From assembly GCA_001805445.1 (NCBI GenBank), contig MHGF01000029.1, forward strand, positions 68,270 to 132,269: a stretch of DNA of 64,000 bases. Direction: 5' to 3'. The first letter of the stretch is position 1; each line of letters begins with the position of its first letter. Positions 39,218 to 48,822 of the stretch are shown in pieces. The DNA is from Omnitrophica WOR_2 bacterium GWF2_43_52. Lineage in GTDB: Bacteria; Omnitrophota; Gorgyraeia; Gygaellales; UBA12090. A program made the translations under genes and the position numbers. Under the pieces are notes generated by a model. The model worked only from the letters and a program-made list of their open reading frames with translations, was not told the origin of the DNA and did not search any database.

Positions 39218-40681
39218 TTATTGGCTTGAGTCAAACGCGGTGTAATCTTTGGGGGTAGCTTTTTCTATGATTGCCTGCGAAAGGGTATTAAAGGCGTTTT
39301 GTTTTTTACGCTCAAGAAGTTTTTCTCGGTAGCTTTCTTTTTCCTGCTTAAATTTCTCCTGGTCAATATCTACCATTTTCTCCTGCTCAATAATAAAAAA
39401 GGAAGAATCGGCTTCGATGAGGCCGCTTATTTCTTTAGGCTTAAGGGTAAATGCCGCCTCAGTTATTTTCTGGCTCATCGCGATACCTTCTATCGGTTGG
39501 TTGCGTTTAAACTCAGGTGTGGTTTTAAGTTCCGTTTTTAGTAGTGACGCGATATCCTTAAGGCTAAGCGCGGGCTGTAAGGTAATGAGCTCATCGATTT
39601 TCTTTTTATATTCCTCGCCCTTGTTTTTAGCTAGTGCTTGCGCCTTTTCCATTTTTAGCGTTTCGGTAACCTTATCTTTTATTTCCTCAAGCGACGGAAT
39701 ATAAGTTGGTTTTTTCTGTATCAGCCGCAGCACATAGGCGCCCTCTGGAGTTTGAATGATAGGGCTGGTTTCTTTTTCTGCTAGCGAGAAGGCATAGCGG
39801 TAAAATTCATCTTTGACTTCCAAGGCAGGCTCGTCTATAGAAAAGAAATCGGTTTGATGATACGTGAAGGGGGAATTTACTGCGTCTTGTAAACTGTTTG
39901 AGGCTTTCAGGTTAGGGTATATGGTTTTTAAGTGCTCAAAAAGCTCAAGCCTGTCGGCATCCTGAGCTTCTGGCGGATAATCAATTCCCGCGTATTCAAT
40001 CTTTACCGAAAGCTGGCGCCGGAATTTTCCCGCGTTTTTCTGGTAGTAGTCATTGAGTTCTGCATCGCTACTATGCGCCTGGGAAAGAAAATCTTTGGCA
40101 TCAGTCTTGAGGTAGCGGATGCTGAGTGCCTCGTGTTCGCTTTTGTAGGTTGCGGTTATTTCCTCATCATTAATGAGGATGCTTTTAGTCAGTTCTTCGT
40201 AAAGTTTTTTAAGCATAAGATCATTGCGGGTTTGCTCCTCAAACTCGCGCGGGGTGGTGTTGAAAAAGTAGCGTATGACATTTTTGTATGTCTCCTGGTT
40301 GAATACGCCGTCTTTGACGAAAAGAGGGATATCCGCGATAGCCTGGACTATTTCCTGGTCGCTTACTTTCAGTTTAAGCGCCTTTGCGTGTTCCAGAAAA
40401 ATAAGTTGCGTCCATACCTGTTCTCTAACATTAAGGTAGGGGAGGACTTGTTGGTAGTTATCTCCGAGGCTAAGGCGTAATTTGTTGATCTGGTAAGAAT
40501 ATAAGCGGTTAAAGTCTGAAACAGCAATCTTGCGGCCGAATATTTCTCCCGCGTAACTGCTGGTTTTTGCGCCTTGACGGTAAGCTCCGGCTCCCCAAAA
40601 GACAAAGGCGATGACCATTACCCCAATGATGACCCAGAAAATTTTTTTCGCGAGCCCTTTTTGGCGAAGTATTTTTAACAT
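39218..40681 (-). CDS. SurA-N / PpiD-like periplasmic chaperone
   Basis: N-terminal TM (FW.I..MVIAFVFWG), VSDQEI...I..IP.F..DG.F, degenerate parvulin segments. Confidence 0.82.
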   Translation of the reverse strand: MLKILRQKGLAKKIFWVIIGVMVIAFVFWGAGAYRQGAKTSSYAGEIFGRKIAVSDFNRLYSYQINKLRLSLGDNYQQVLPYLNVREQVWTQLIFLEHAKALKLKVSDQEIVQAIADIPLFVKDGVFNQETYKNVIRYFFNTTPREFEEQTRNDLMLKKLYEELTKSILINDEEITATYKSEHEALSIRYLKTDAKDFLSQAHSSDAELNDYYQKNAGKFRRQLSVKIEYAGIDYPPEAQDADRLELFEHLKTIYPNLKASNSLQDAVNSPFTYHQTDFFSIDEPALEVKDEFYRYAFSLAEKETSPIIQTPEGAYVLRLIQKKPTYIPSLEEIKDKVTETLKMEKAQALAKNKGEEYKKKIDELITLQPALSLKDIASLLKTELKTTPEFKRNQPIEGIAMSQKITEAAFTLKPKEISGLIEADSSFFIIEQEKMVDIDQEKFKQEKESYREKLLERKKQNAFNTLSQAIIEKATPKDYTAFDSSQ

Positions 40682-40690
40682 AAGAAAAGC

Positions 40691-40719
40691 ATTATACCTT
40701 TTTACTTCAAGCTATGCAA
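40691..40719 (-). promoter_or_regulatory. Sigma70-type promoter of the PpiD-like gene
   Basis: Minus strand TTGCAT-N17-TATAAT, 9 nt before the ATG. Confidence 0.6.
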
Positions 40720-40732
40720 TTATTTTTTTTGC

Positions 40733-40761
40733 TTTACAAGGTAACAATATCACGGTATAAT
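40733..40761 (+). promoter_or_regulatory. Sigma70-type promoter of hisG
   Basis: TTTACA-N17-TATAAT. Confidence 0.6.
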
Positions 40762-40828
40762 TGAAAACAGTTTTTTATGGTTATCGTAGCCAGGCGTAAA
40801 GCCAAAGGAAGAAGCGGATAGAGCGGCA

Positions 40829-41707
40829 ATGACGAAAATATTAAAACTGGGATTACCCAAAGGGAGTTTGCAGGAAGCAACCTTCGCGATGTTTAAGAAG
40901 GCAGGCTTCACTATCCACGCGGGGGAGCGTTCTTATATCCCTTCTATTGATGACGTTGAGATTGACCCGGTATTATTACGGGCGCAGGAAATGTCCCGTT
41001 ACGTTGAGGATGGGGCACTTGATTGCGGCATTACCGGTAACGATTGGATAATGGAAAATGGCTCTGAGGTTATTAAGGTTGAAGGACTTGTGTATGCCAA
41101 ACAGAGTTTAAATCCGGTGCGCTGGGTGTTGGCGGTACCGGAAAGCTCGGGGATAAAAGAAGTGAAGGATTTAAACGGCAAACTCATTGCAACCGAGTTA
41201 GTTAATGTAACAAAAGCCTATCTGGCCAAGCATAAGGTTAAGGCCGAGGTTGAGTTTAGCTGGGGCGCGACTGAAGTTAAGGTTGCCTCGGGCTTGGTTG
41301 ATGGCATAGTAGAACTTACCGAAACAGGCAGAAGCCTCCGGGCGCATAAGCTTATTCAGATTGCCACCATCATTGAATCAACGACCCAGTTTATCGCTAA
41401 CAAGGTTTCCTATAGGGATGGCTGGAAAAAAGCAAAGATGCATCAGATTTGCCTTTTGCTTAAGGGTGCGATTCAGGCGGAAGGAAGGGTTGGGCTGAAG
41501 ATGAATATTCAGGAAAAGAACTTAAAGAAGATAGTGAGCCTGTTGCCGGCATTGAAGAACCCTACCATATCGCACTTGGCGCAAAAGGATTGGCTTGCGG
41601 TTGAAACGATCATTGAGGAAAAGATAGTTCGTAATATCATCCCCCAACTGAGGGCCGCGGGTGCCCAGGGGATTATTGAGTATCCGTTGAATAAATTGAT
41701 ATATTAA
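40829..41707 (+). CDS. hisG: ATP phosphoribosyltransferase, long form
   Basis: LPKGSL, GITG.D.I.E, SWGATE, TG.SLR, C-terminal regulatory domain. Confidence 0.95.
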   Translation: MTKILKLGLPKGSLQEATFAMFKKAGFTIHAGERSYIPSIDDVEIDPVLLRAQEMSRYVEDGALDCGITGNDWIMENGSEVIKVEGLVYAKQSLNPVRWVLAVPESSGIKEVKDLNGKLIATELVNVTKAYLAKHKVKAEVEFSWGATEVKVASGLVDGIVELTETGRSLRAHKLIQIATIIESTTQFIANKVSYRDGWKKAKMHQICLLLKGAIQAEGRVGLKMNIQEKNLKKIVSLLPALKNPTISHLAQKDWLAVETIIEEKIVRNIIPQLRAAGAQGIIEYPLNKLIY

Positions 41708-41715
41708 TGTTAAGA

Positions 41716-41793
41716 AAGTAGCCAGTAGATAGTAGGGAGTAGTGAGTAAGCGGGAAAATAATACTATCTGCTAACTACTATGTACTGTATACT
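41716..41793. repeat. Junction hairpin, AGTAG/CTACT 7-mer repeats
   Basis: agtagcc agtagat agtaggg agtagtg agtaag / tactatc tgctaac tactatg tactgta tact. Confidence 0.85.
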
Positions 41794-41819
41794 CCCGAGC
41801 GACTGAAAGGAGCGAGGTA

Positions 41820-41921
41820 ATGCCTTGCGGTAGGAAACGGAAGAAAAAGAAGATTCGCACGCACAAAAGAAAGAAGATGCTGCGTAAGCGAAGACATTTA
41901 AAGAAGAGAGCGTGGGGTTAA
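41820..41921 (+). CDS. Small basic protein, bS22 / AURKAIP1-COX24 family (absent from the ORF track)
   Basis: MPCGRKRKKKKIRTHKRKKMLRKRRHLKKRAWG*, 33 aa, SD aaggag/gagg. Confidence 0.85.
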   Translation: MPCGRKRKKKKIRTHKRKKMLRKRRHLKKRAWG

Positions 41922-42129
41922 AGAGCCGATAGTTCATAGTGTAGAGCTTAGACTCTCCGAACGTTGTCTGAAGAAAAACCAGCGTGGCGAATCTTTTAGA
42001 AAGTATCGTGGTTTAGTATGTTACTTTTTGTAAAGAGTAAGCGGCAAATATTACTATGGCAACACGTGTGGTTTTTTCAGAGGGGAAATAAAGAGCGTGT
42101 AGTGTTAAGCTCTTTAGGTAGAAGAATAG

Positions 42130-43113
42130 ATGCAGCTTTGTAAATCGGCAAAATGCGCGGTAGGTATTTTTGTCTTGAGTATAGCTTTTTGCTTGCTAAC
42201 GGTAAACGGAAGTTACGCAAGCCAAAGAGACAGGAAAAAAGTGCAGGCCCAAGCCCATTACATGATGGGCTTGTTTTATGAAAACCAGGAAAAGTTTGAT
42301 GAGGCAATTACCGAATACAAAGAGGCGCTTAGCCTTGAGAAGGATATCGCGAGTATTCATGTGCGCCTGGCTTCACTTTTTATCCGTAAATCAGATACCG
42401 CGAAAGCCATTCTGGAATTAGAAGAAGCTAAAAAGTGCGATCCCGATGCTTTAGAGCCGGGGCTGATGCTTGCCCTTTTATACGCGACGGATAATTCCCC
42501 AGAAAAAGCCGCTTTGGAATATGAGGAGACGCTCAAGAAAGCATCTCATCAAGAGCCAAAAAATATCTATATCCTGAGAAGCTTAGCCGCGCTGTATTAT
42601 CAGCAGAAAAAGATTGAGAACGCGATAGAAACCTACCGGCTTATTCTGGGCGTTGATGAAAAAGATTATGAATCTGTTTTTCTTTTAGGGAGCCTTCTTG
42701 AAGAAACTGGCAAACGGAATGAAGCGATAGAAAAATTTAAGCAGGCCCTTGCCATCAATCCTGAGTATCCGGATGCCCTTAATTCCTTAGGCTATATCTA
42801 CGCTGAGGAAGGCATCCATCTGCCTGAGGCGGAGAATGCTGTTAAAAAGGCCCTTGGATATGAGCCGGATAACGGCGCATATATTGATAGCCTTGGATGG
42901 GTCTATTTTAAGATGGACCTTCTTGATAGGGCGCTGGAGCATTTGGAGAAGGCAAGTTCATTACTTTCAGATCCGGTGATATTCGACCATCTTGGCGATG
43001 CCTATCTAAAGAAAGGCTCGCATGATAAGGCCAGGGCAAACTGGGAGAAATCCCTGAGTTTGGACGCGCAACAGGAAAAGGTTAAGGAAAAACTCAATAA
43101 ACTGAAAAAATGA
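42130..43113 (+). CDS. Tetratricopeptide repeat protein, exported
   Basis: Multiple TPR units; ALNSLGY.YA, DSLGWVYF, DHLGDAY. Confidence 0.9.
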   Translation: MQLCKSAKCAVGIFVLSIAFCLLTVNGSYASQRDRKKVQAQAHYMMGLFYENQEKFDEAITEYKEALSLEKDIASIHVRLASLFIRKSDTAKAILELEEAKKCDPDALEPGLMLALLYATDNSPEKAALEYEETLKKASHQEPKNIYILRSLAALYYQQKKIENAIETYRLILGVDEKDYESVFLLGSLLEETGKRNEAIEKFKQALAINPEYPDALNSLGYIYAEEGIHLPEAENAVKKALGYEPDNGAYIDSLGWVYFKMDLLDRALEHLEKASSLLSDPVIFDHLGDAYLKKGSHDKARANWEKSLSLDAQQEKVKEKLNKLKK

Positions 43114-43937
43114 AAAAGAGCATAAGCGATAGTGAAGTCAAGGTTTTAGAAGAAAAGGCAAAGCATATCCGCCGGTTGATTATCCAAATGCTGGCCAAGG
43201 CAGGTTCCGGCCACCCCGGGGGAAGCCTTTCGCTAACGGATATCATTACCGCGTTATATTTTAAGCAGATGCGCCATAATCCTAAGGATCCTCAGTGGCC
43301 GGAAAGAGACAGATTTCATTTGTCCAAGGGCCATTGTTGCCCCGCATTGTACGCGGTGTTGGCAGAGTCGGGATATTTTCCTATGGAACACCTCTGGACA
43401 TTACGTAAATTGGGTTCAATACTTCAAGGCCATCCCGACCGCAGGACCCCCGGGGTAGAAGTTGCCAGCGGTTCATTGGGACAGGGCTTATCTGTTGCCT
43501 TGGGAATGAGCCTGGCGGTTCGTATTGATAATCGAGCCTCCCGGGTATATTGCGCTATGGGTGACGGCGAAACGCAGGAAGGCAATGTCTGGGAAGCGGC
43601 CATGGCCTCAAGCCACTATAAGAGCGATAACCTCTGCGCTATCATTGATTATAACGGATTCCAGATAGACGGCTGCACCAAGGAGATAATGAATTTAGAG
43701 CCTATGGTAGATAAGTGGCGTTCTTTTGGCTGGCATACGATCGAGATAGATGGGCATAACATGAAGGAAATACTTGCTGCTTTTAGTGAGGCAGAAACGA
43801 TAAAAGGTAAGCCCGCGATTATCATAGCGCATACAGTAAAAGGCAAAGGCGTTTCTTTTATGGAAAACGTCCTTGAGTTTCATGGGCGGGCGCCTACACA
43901 AGAGGAAGCGGAAAAGGCATTGAAAGAATTAGAATAA
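43110..43937 (+). CDS. Transketolase N-terminal subunit
   Basis: SGHPGGS, LSKGH, LQGHP, GSLGQG, GDGE..EG..WEA. Confidence 0.95.
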   Translation: MKKSISDSEVKVLEEKAKHIRRLIIQMLAKAGSGHPGGSLSLTDIITALYFKQMRHNPKDPQWPERDRFHLSKGHCCPALYAVLAESGYFPMEHLWTLRKLGSILQGHPDRRTPGVEVASGSLGQGLSVALGMSLAVRIDNRASRVYCAMGDGETQEGNVWEAAMASSHYKSDNLCAIIDYNGFQIDGCTKEIMNLEPMVDKWRSFGWHTIEIDGHNMKEILAAFSEAETIKGKPAIIIAHTVKGKGVSFMENVLEFHGRAPTQEEAEKALKELE

Positions 43938-43939
43938 AA

Positions 43940-44004
43940 TTAAACTGTCAAATTGCTAAACTGTTAAATTGTCAGCAGTTTAGCAATATAGCAATTTAGC
44001 AATG
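43940..44004. repeat. Junction hairpin, TAAACTGT family copy 2
   Basis: ttaaactg tcaaattg ctaaactg ttaaattg / cagtttag caatatag caatttag caATG. Confidence 0.88.
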
Positions 44005-44925
44005 GAATTTTTATATCAACGCGACGTGTACGGCAAGACATTGGTTGAGCTGGGCAAAAAAGACCCGAATGTGGTGGTATTTGATGCCGATCTTTCAAGC
44101 TCTACGAGAACATGCATTTTTAGGAAGGAATTCAAAAACCGTTTTTTTAATTTCGGCGTTGCCGAGCAGAATATGATTGCCGCTTCTGCCGGAATGGCAA
44201 GCTGTGGGAAAATAGTTTTTGTTTCAACCTTTGCCATTTTTGCGACGGGAAGGGCATGGGATCAGGTAAGAAATACGGTTGCCTATAATAATTTTAATAT
44301 CAAAATTGTTGCTACCCACGCGGGAGTAAGCGTCGGCCCGGACGGGGCAAGCCATCAGGCATTGGAAGATATTACCCTAATGAGGCTCATTCCGTATATG
44401 AAAGTTATCGCTCCTTGTGACGGCCCCCAGACACACGACGCGGTGGTCGCGGCGTACGAGACTCCGGGGCCGGTCTATGTAAGGCTTGGGCGCCCCAAAG
44501 TCCCCACCATTGAGGGCCGGGGAGCCTTTCGATTTGGGGAAGCTGAAGTTTTAACCCAGGGTAAAGACCTTACTATTATTGCCTGCGGGATTATGGTCAA
44601 GCAGGCTCTCGACGCGGCGAGCGCGCTAAAAAAAGAAGGTGTTACCTGCAGGGTGATCAATATGCATACTATTAAGCCCATTGATACGAAAGCCATTATC
44701 AAGGCCGCAAACGAAACGAAAGGGATTGTTGTCTGCGAAGAACATACGATTGTCGGGGGGCTTGCCTCCGCGGTTGATGAGGTGGCCGCGGAAAATAAAC
44801 CGACTACGGTTTTGCGGGTGGGGGTGAGAAACCGCTATGGCCAGTCAGGTGAGCCGGAGGAATTACTTAACGAGTATAAATTATCGGTAAACGATATCAT
44901 TCTCACGTGTAAGAAGGTTCTTTGA
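44002..44925 (+). CDS. Transketolase C-terminal subunit
   Basis: DADL..ST, GVAEQNM, GPDGASHQ, YVRLGR, EEH...GGL. Confidence 0.95.
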   Translation: MEFLYQRDVYGKTLVELGKKDPNVVVFDADLSSSTRTCIFRKEFKNRFFNFGVAEQNMIAASAGMASCGKIVFVSTFAIFATGRAWDQVRNTVAYNNFNIKIVATHAGVSVGPDGASHQALEDITLMRLIPYMKVIAPCDGPQTHDAVVAAYETPGPVYVRLGRPKVPTIEGRGAFRFGEAEVLTQGKDLTIIACGIMVKQALDAASALKKEGVTCRVINMHTIKPIDTKAIIKAANETKGIVVCEEHTIVGGLASAVDEVAAENKPTTVLRVGVRNRYGQSGEPEELLNEYKLSVNDIILTCKKVL

Positions 44926-44930
44926 TAGGC

Positions 44931-45797
44931 ATGGATAAGGCAGTAACGATAGCTTCACCCGCAAAGGTAAATCTCTATTTAGAGATTCTCAATAAGCGCC
45001 CCGATGGTTACCACGCCATTGTAACCCTTTTTGAGCGGATATCCTTAAGCGATGAAATTATTCTAAGGCAAAGAGAGGATAGCGCTCTTCTGATAGTATC
45101 TAAGGCAAAGAATATCCCTTTAGGCAGCAATAACCTTGCATATAAGGCTGCAGCCTTGCTCAGGGAAGATTTAGGCATTAGCCGCGGGGTATCTATCGAA
45201 ATCAAAAAGCGCATCCCTGTAGGGGCAGGCTTAGGCGGAGGATCAAGCAACGCCGCGAGCACGTTACTGGGGCTGAATCGGCTCTGGGATCTTAAGCTCA
45301 GTAAAAAAAAGCTCTTAGCGTACGCGGCGAGGTTAGGCAGCGATGTAGCCTTTTTTATTGAGGATGTTTCGTTTGCCTGGGGAAGCTCGCGTGGCGAAAA
45401 GATAACACCGTGCTTCGGCGCTCATAAAAGCTTGTGGCATATACTTCTGACGCCGGATGTGAGCGTATCAACGAAAGAGGCCTATCAGGAATTTGATAGG
45501 GTGGTCAATAAGCCGCCTCTCTCTCACGCAGCTCTTGAGGGCTCAGGGTTTCCTGCTCGCCGGTTGCGCGTAGGGAAGATACTTTTTAATCATTTAGAAG
45601 ATGTTACCTTCAGGAAATATCCGAAAGTAAGAAAGCTTAAAGAGAGCCTGCGTGCATATGGCATAAGGCGCGCGCTTATGTCTGGTTCCGGAGGGTCAGT
45701 CTTTGGAATCGTCAAGTCAAGAAAGGAGGGCTTACGAATCGCGGAGCGTTTTCAGCATCGTAAGGGACTAAAGGTTTTTGTAGTAAAGACAATGTAA
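44931..45797 (+). CDS. ispE: 4-diphosphocytidyl-2-C-methyl-D-erythritol kinase
   Basis: PAKVNLYL, DGYH, IPVGAGLGGGSSNAA, LGSDV, MSGSG; start 44931 or 44922. Confidence 0.94.
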   Translation: MDKAVTIASPAKVNLYLEILNKRPDGYHAIVTLFERISLSDEIILRQREDSALLIVSKAKNIPLGSNNLAYKAAALLREDLGISRGVSIEIKKRIPVGAGLGGGSSNAASTLLGLNRLWDLKLSKKKLLAYAARLGSDVAFFIEDVSFAWGSSRGEKITPCFGAHKSLWHILLTPDVSVSTKEAYQEFDRVVNKPPLSHAALEGSGFPARRLRVGKILFNHLEDVTFRKYPKVRKLKESLRAYGIRRALMSGSGGSVFGIVKSRKEGLRIAERFQHRKGLKVFVVKTM

Positions 45798-45831
45798 TCA
45801 ACATGTGTTTGTTGCGGGAGGGTTCACAGCT

Positions 45832-46239
45832 ATGGAAATTACCGAAGTAAGAATATTTTTGAAGGATTCACCGGATAAGAAATTAAAGGCATATGCCACC
45901 ATTACGCTTGATGATGCCTTTGTCGTAAGAAATATAAAAGTTATTGAAGGTACAAGCGGTTTGTTCATTGCCATGCCGTCGCGAAAGGTAAAACAGCCGT
46001 GCCCGAAGTGCGGTTTTAGGAATGAGCTTCGCAGTAAATACTGTAATCAGTGCGCGGGGCAGCTTCCTTTGGTATCGCAGCCGATTACCGGAGAATCCCA
46101 GGCTTCGGATATGCAGTCAGAGCATAAGGATATAGCCCATCCTATTACGCAGGCCTTCAGAGAGCAGTTACAGAAGAAAGTCCTCGAGGCGTACGGGCAG
46201 GAGAAGAATAAAGGCCAGGCGCAGCAAGTTAAAGAGTAG
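45832..46239 (+). CDS. spoVG: SpoVG-family protein with a Zn-ribbon insertion
   Basis: MEITEVRI, GLFIAMPSRK, CPKC..CNQC insert, DIAHPI. Confidence 0.9.
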   Translation: MEITEVRIFLKDSPDKKLKAYATITLDDAFVVRNIKVIEGTSGLFIAMPSRKVKQPCPKCGFRNELRSKYCNQCAGQLPLVSQPITGESQASDMQSEHKDIAHPITQAFREQLQKKVLEAYGQEKNKGQAQQVKE

Positions 46240-46324
46240 TTTAGGTTTATAGCTTCAAAACAACATCTTTTTCCGATTCTGCATTAGGGAAACCATAAAC
46301 CATAAACTGTTATCGTGAAAAATT

Positions 46325-46395
46325 TGCCCGGTTGTGTAATGGTAGCACATCAGAATTTGGGTCTGACTGTCAAGGTTCGAATCCTTGCCGGGCAA
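46325..46395 (+). tRNA. tRNA-Gln(UUG)
   Basis: TGCCCGG/CCGGGCA acceptor stem, TCAGA-ATTTGGG-TCTGA anticodon arm, CAAGG-TTCGAAT-CCTTG T arm. Confidence 0.95.
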
Positions 46396-46526
46396 CTCGA
46401 TTGTTGAATGAATAAGGAAGTTTAGAATGTGGTTCTCCCACCTTTCTAAATCATTTTGGAGGGCGGGATCCCGCCAGATTTTTAAGCAACGGGGCGGGAG
46501 AATCCATACGTCCCAACCAAAAACCT

Positions 46527-47789
46527 ATGAACAAACAATGTGCGGCCATAATTCTAGCAGCGGGTGAAGGCACGCGGATGAAGTCAGAAACGCCGAAAGT
46601 AATGCATCCGCTTTGCGGCAGGCCTATGGTAAGCTATGTCCTTGATTTAGCCAAGGCATTAAAAGTAGCCACGATGCTTGTTGTTGTTGGCCATAAACGG
46701 GAACGCCTCCAAGAAGTGCTTTCAGGCTACAAGGCAAAGGCCGTGCATCAGGATAAGCTTTTGGGTACCGCGGACGCGATAAAGCGTTGCGAAAGCGCCC
46801 TAAAGAATTTTTCCGGGAATCTTCTGGTACTCTATGGAGACCAGCCGTTATTATGCAAGGAAACTTTAGCCAGCCTCATCCAAAAGCATGAGGATTCAAA
46901 TGCCGCGGCTACGGTGCTTACCGCGTATGTTGATAATCCTTTTGGCTATGGCAGGATTATCCGCGATAATTTCGGCAGGGTAAAAGCGATTGTAGAAGAA
47001 AAGGATGCAAGCGAAGAGGAAAGAGCTCTTACGGAAATCAATACTGGTATTATCTGCTTTAAAAAGCAACTGCTTTTTAAAGCCATTGCCGGAATAAAAC
47101 CTAATAACGCGAAAAAAGAATATTATTTAACCGATGCTATAAGAATAATGTTTGAAGCCGGGCTTGCCATAGAGTCATTTATTCTCAAAGGCGACGCGCG
47201 CCAGGCACAAGGTATCAATACCAGAATAGATTTGGCCCAGGCGCAAAACATTATGCGCCAGCGTATCTTAGAGAAATATATGCTTGACGGCGTAGGGATA
47301 ATCGACCCGCAGACTACCTTTATAGACTATGGTGTCACGATAGGACAGGAAAGCGTAATTTATCCCTTTACAGTTATTGAAAAGGATGTTATAATTGGAA
47401 AATTATGCCAGATAGGCCCTTTTTGTCATTTGCGGCCAGGAACGGTCATTGAGGATACTGCTACTATCGGTAATTTCACCGAGGTAACCCGTTCCAAAAT
47501 CGGCAAGGGAAGTTTTATGAAGCATTTTAGTTACCTGGGGGATACCTCTACCGGAAAAAACGTGAATATCGGTTGCGGAACCGTGGTGGCTAATTTTGAC
47601 GGCAGGCATAAACAACAGACTATTATCGGTGACGGCGCTTTTATAGGTTCTGATACAGTGTTACGGTCACCGGTGAAAATTGGTAAATACGCGATTACCG
47701 GAGCAGGCGCGGTCGTAACCAAGGATGTTAAAGACGGTACGGTCGTTGTCGGGGTCCCGGCAAAAGAGTTACCGTATAAGAAGCGCTAA
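46527..47789 (+). CDS. glmU: Bifunctional UDP-GlcNAc pyrophosphorylase / acetyltransferase
   Basis: LAAGEGTRMKS, LGTA, GYGRI.R, EYYLTD, hexapeptide repeats. Confidence 0.93.
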   Translation: MNKQCAAIILAAGEGTRMKSETPKVMHPLCGRPMVSYVLDLAKALKVATMLVVVGHKRERLQEVLSGYKAKAVHQDKLLGTADAIKRCESALKNFSGNLLVLYGDQPLLCKETLASLIQKHEDSNAAATVLTAYVDNPFGYGRIIRDNFGRVKAIVEEKDASEEERALTEINTGIICFKKQLLFKAIAGIKPNNAKKEYYLTDAIRIMFEAGLAIESFILKGDARQAQGINTRIDLAQAQNIMRQRILEKYMLDGVGIIDPQTTFIDYGVTIGQESVIYPFTVIEKDVIIGKLCQIGPFCHLRPGTVIEDTATIGNFTEVTRSKIGKGSFMKHFSYLGDTSTGKNVNIGCGTVVANFDGRHKQQTIIGDGAFIGSDTVLRSPVKIGKYAITGAGAVVTKDVKDGTVVVGVPAKELPYKKR

Positions 47790-47819
47790 CCTGAGGCTTT
47801 AAGGGATAGAGAGGTACCT

Positions 47820-48758
47820 ATGGATAAATTAGCTGTAGTTACAGGGAATGCCCACCCCGAACTAGCCAAGAATATTTGTAAATACCTCAAGATAAAATTA
47901 TCCGAATGTTTAGTCGGAAGGTTTAGCGAAGGCGAGATCAGGGTTAAGATTGAAGAAAATATCCGGGGCAAAGACGTCTTTGTGATTCAGCCAACCTGCC
48001 CGCCGGTAAATGATAATTTGATGGAATTGCTGATACTTTGCGATGCCTTAAAGAGGGCATCGGCTAAGCGCATTACGGCGGTAATGCCTTATTATGGGTA
48101 CGCGCGCCAGGACCGCAAAGACCAGCCGCGCGTGCCGATTACGGCAAAACTTGTGGCGAATTTAATTTCAACAGCCGGCGCGGAAAGAGTTTTAACCATG
48201 GACCTGCATGCGGGGCAAATTCAGGGTTTTTTTGATATACCGTTAGACCATCTCTTTTCAGTCGGGGTCTTTGTGGAATATTTTGAGAAGCTGAAACTGA
48301 AGGATTTGGTGGTGGTATCTCCGGATGTCGGGGGGATTAAAATGGCCAGAGGCTATGCCAAGAGGCTTGGCGCCGGGCTTGCCATTGTGGATAAACGCAG
48401 GATTTCTCCTGAAGCTACAGAAGCAGTGCATATCCTTGGAGATATTGAGGGTAAAAATATTATCATCGTCGATGACTTGATTTCGACGGGTTCTTCGTTG
48501 ATTGAGGCGGTAGAGATCCTCGCGAAACACGGAGCGAAGGAGATACGCGCCGCGGTAAGCCATGGAGTGCTCTGCGGCAGTGCCATAGAACGGATTGATA
48601 AATGCAAGAATTTAAAGGAACTCTTGATAAGCGATAGTATCCCTTTAGATAATAGCAAGAAGCATCCCCGGATAAAGGTGTTATCCATCGCCGAGCTTTT
48701 GGGAGAGGCGATAAAGAGGATACATAACGAAGAGTCGGTAAGTTCGTTATTCGACTAA
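47820..48758 (+). CDS. prs: Ribose-phosphate pyrophosphokinase
   Basis: FSEGE, YARQDRK, DLHAGQIQGFF, VSPDVGG, VDDLISTG. Confidence 0.97.
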   Translation: MDKLAVVTGNAHPELAKNICKYLKIKLSECLVGRFSEGEIRVKIEENIRGKDVFVIQPTCPPVNDNLMELLILCDALKRASAKRITAVMPYYGYARQDRKDQPRVPITAKLVANLISTAGAERVLTMDLHAGQIQGFFDIPLDHLFSVGVFVEYFEKLKLKDLVVVSPDVGGIKMARGYAKRLGAGLAIVDKRRISPEATEAVHILGDIEGKNIIIVDDLISTGSSLIEAVEILAKHGAKEIRAAVSHGVLCGSAIERIDKCKNLKELLISDSIPLDNSKKHPRIKVLSIAELLGEAIKRIHNEESVSSLFD

Positions 48759-48822
48759 AAAACCGCTGAGAAAACGCTAAAAAGATAGCGCGGAATTGTA
48801 TAAAAAGGAGTGGTAAGTAAAA

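Noticed and set aside
45505-45580. Possible repeat insertion in ispE (LEGSGF resembles PEGSGL in porA)
   Set aside because: This IspE region is naturally variable, there is no clear hairpin, and the similarity is too short
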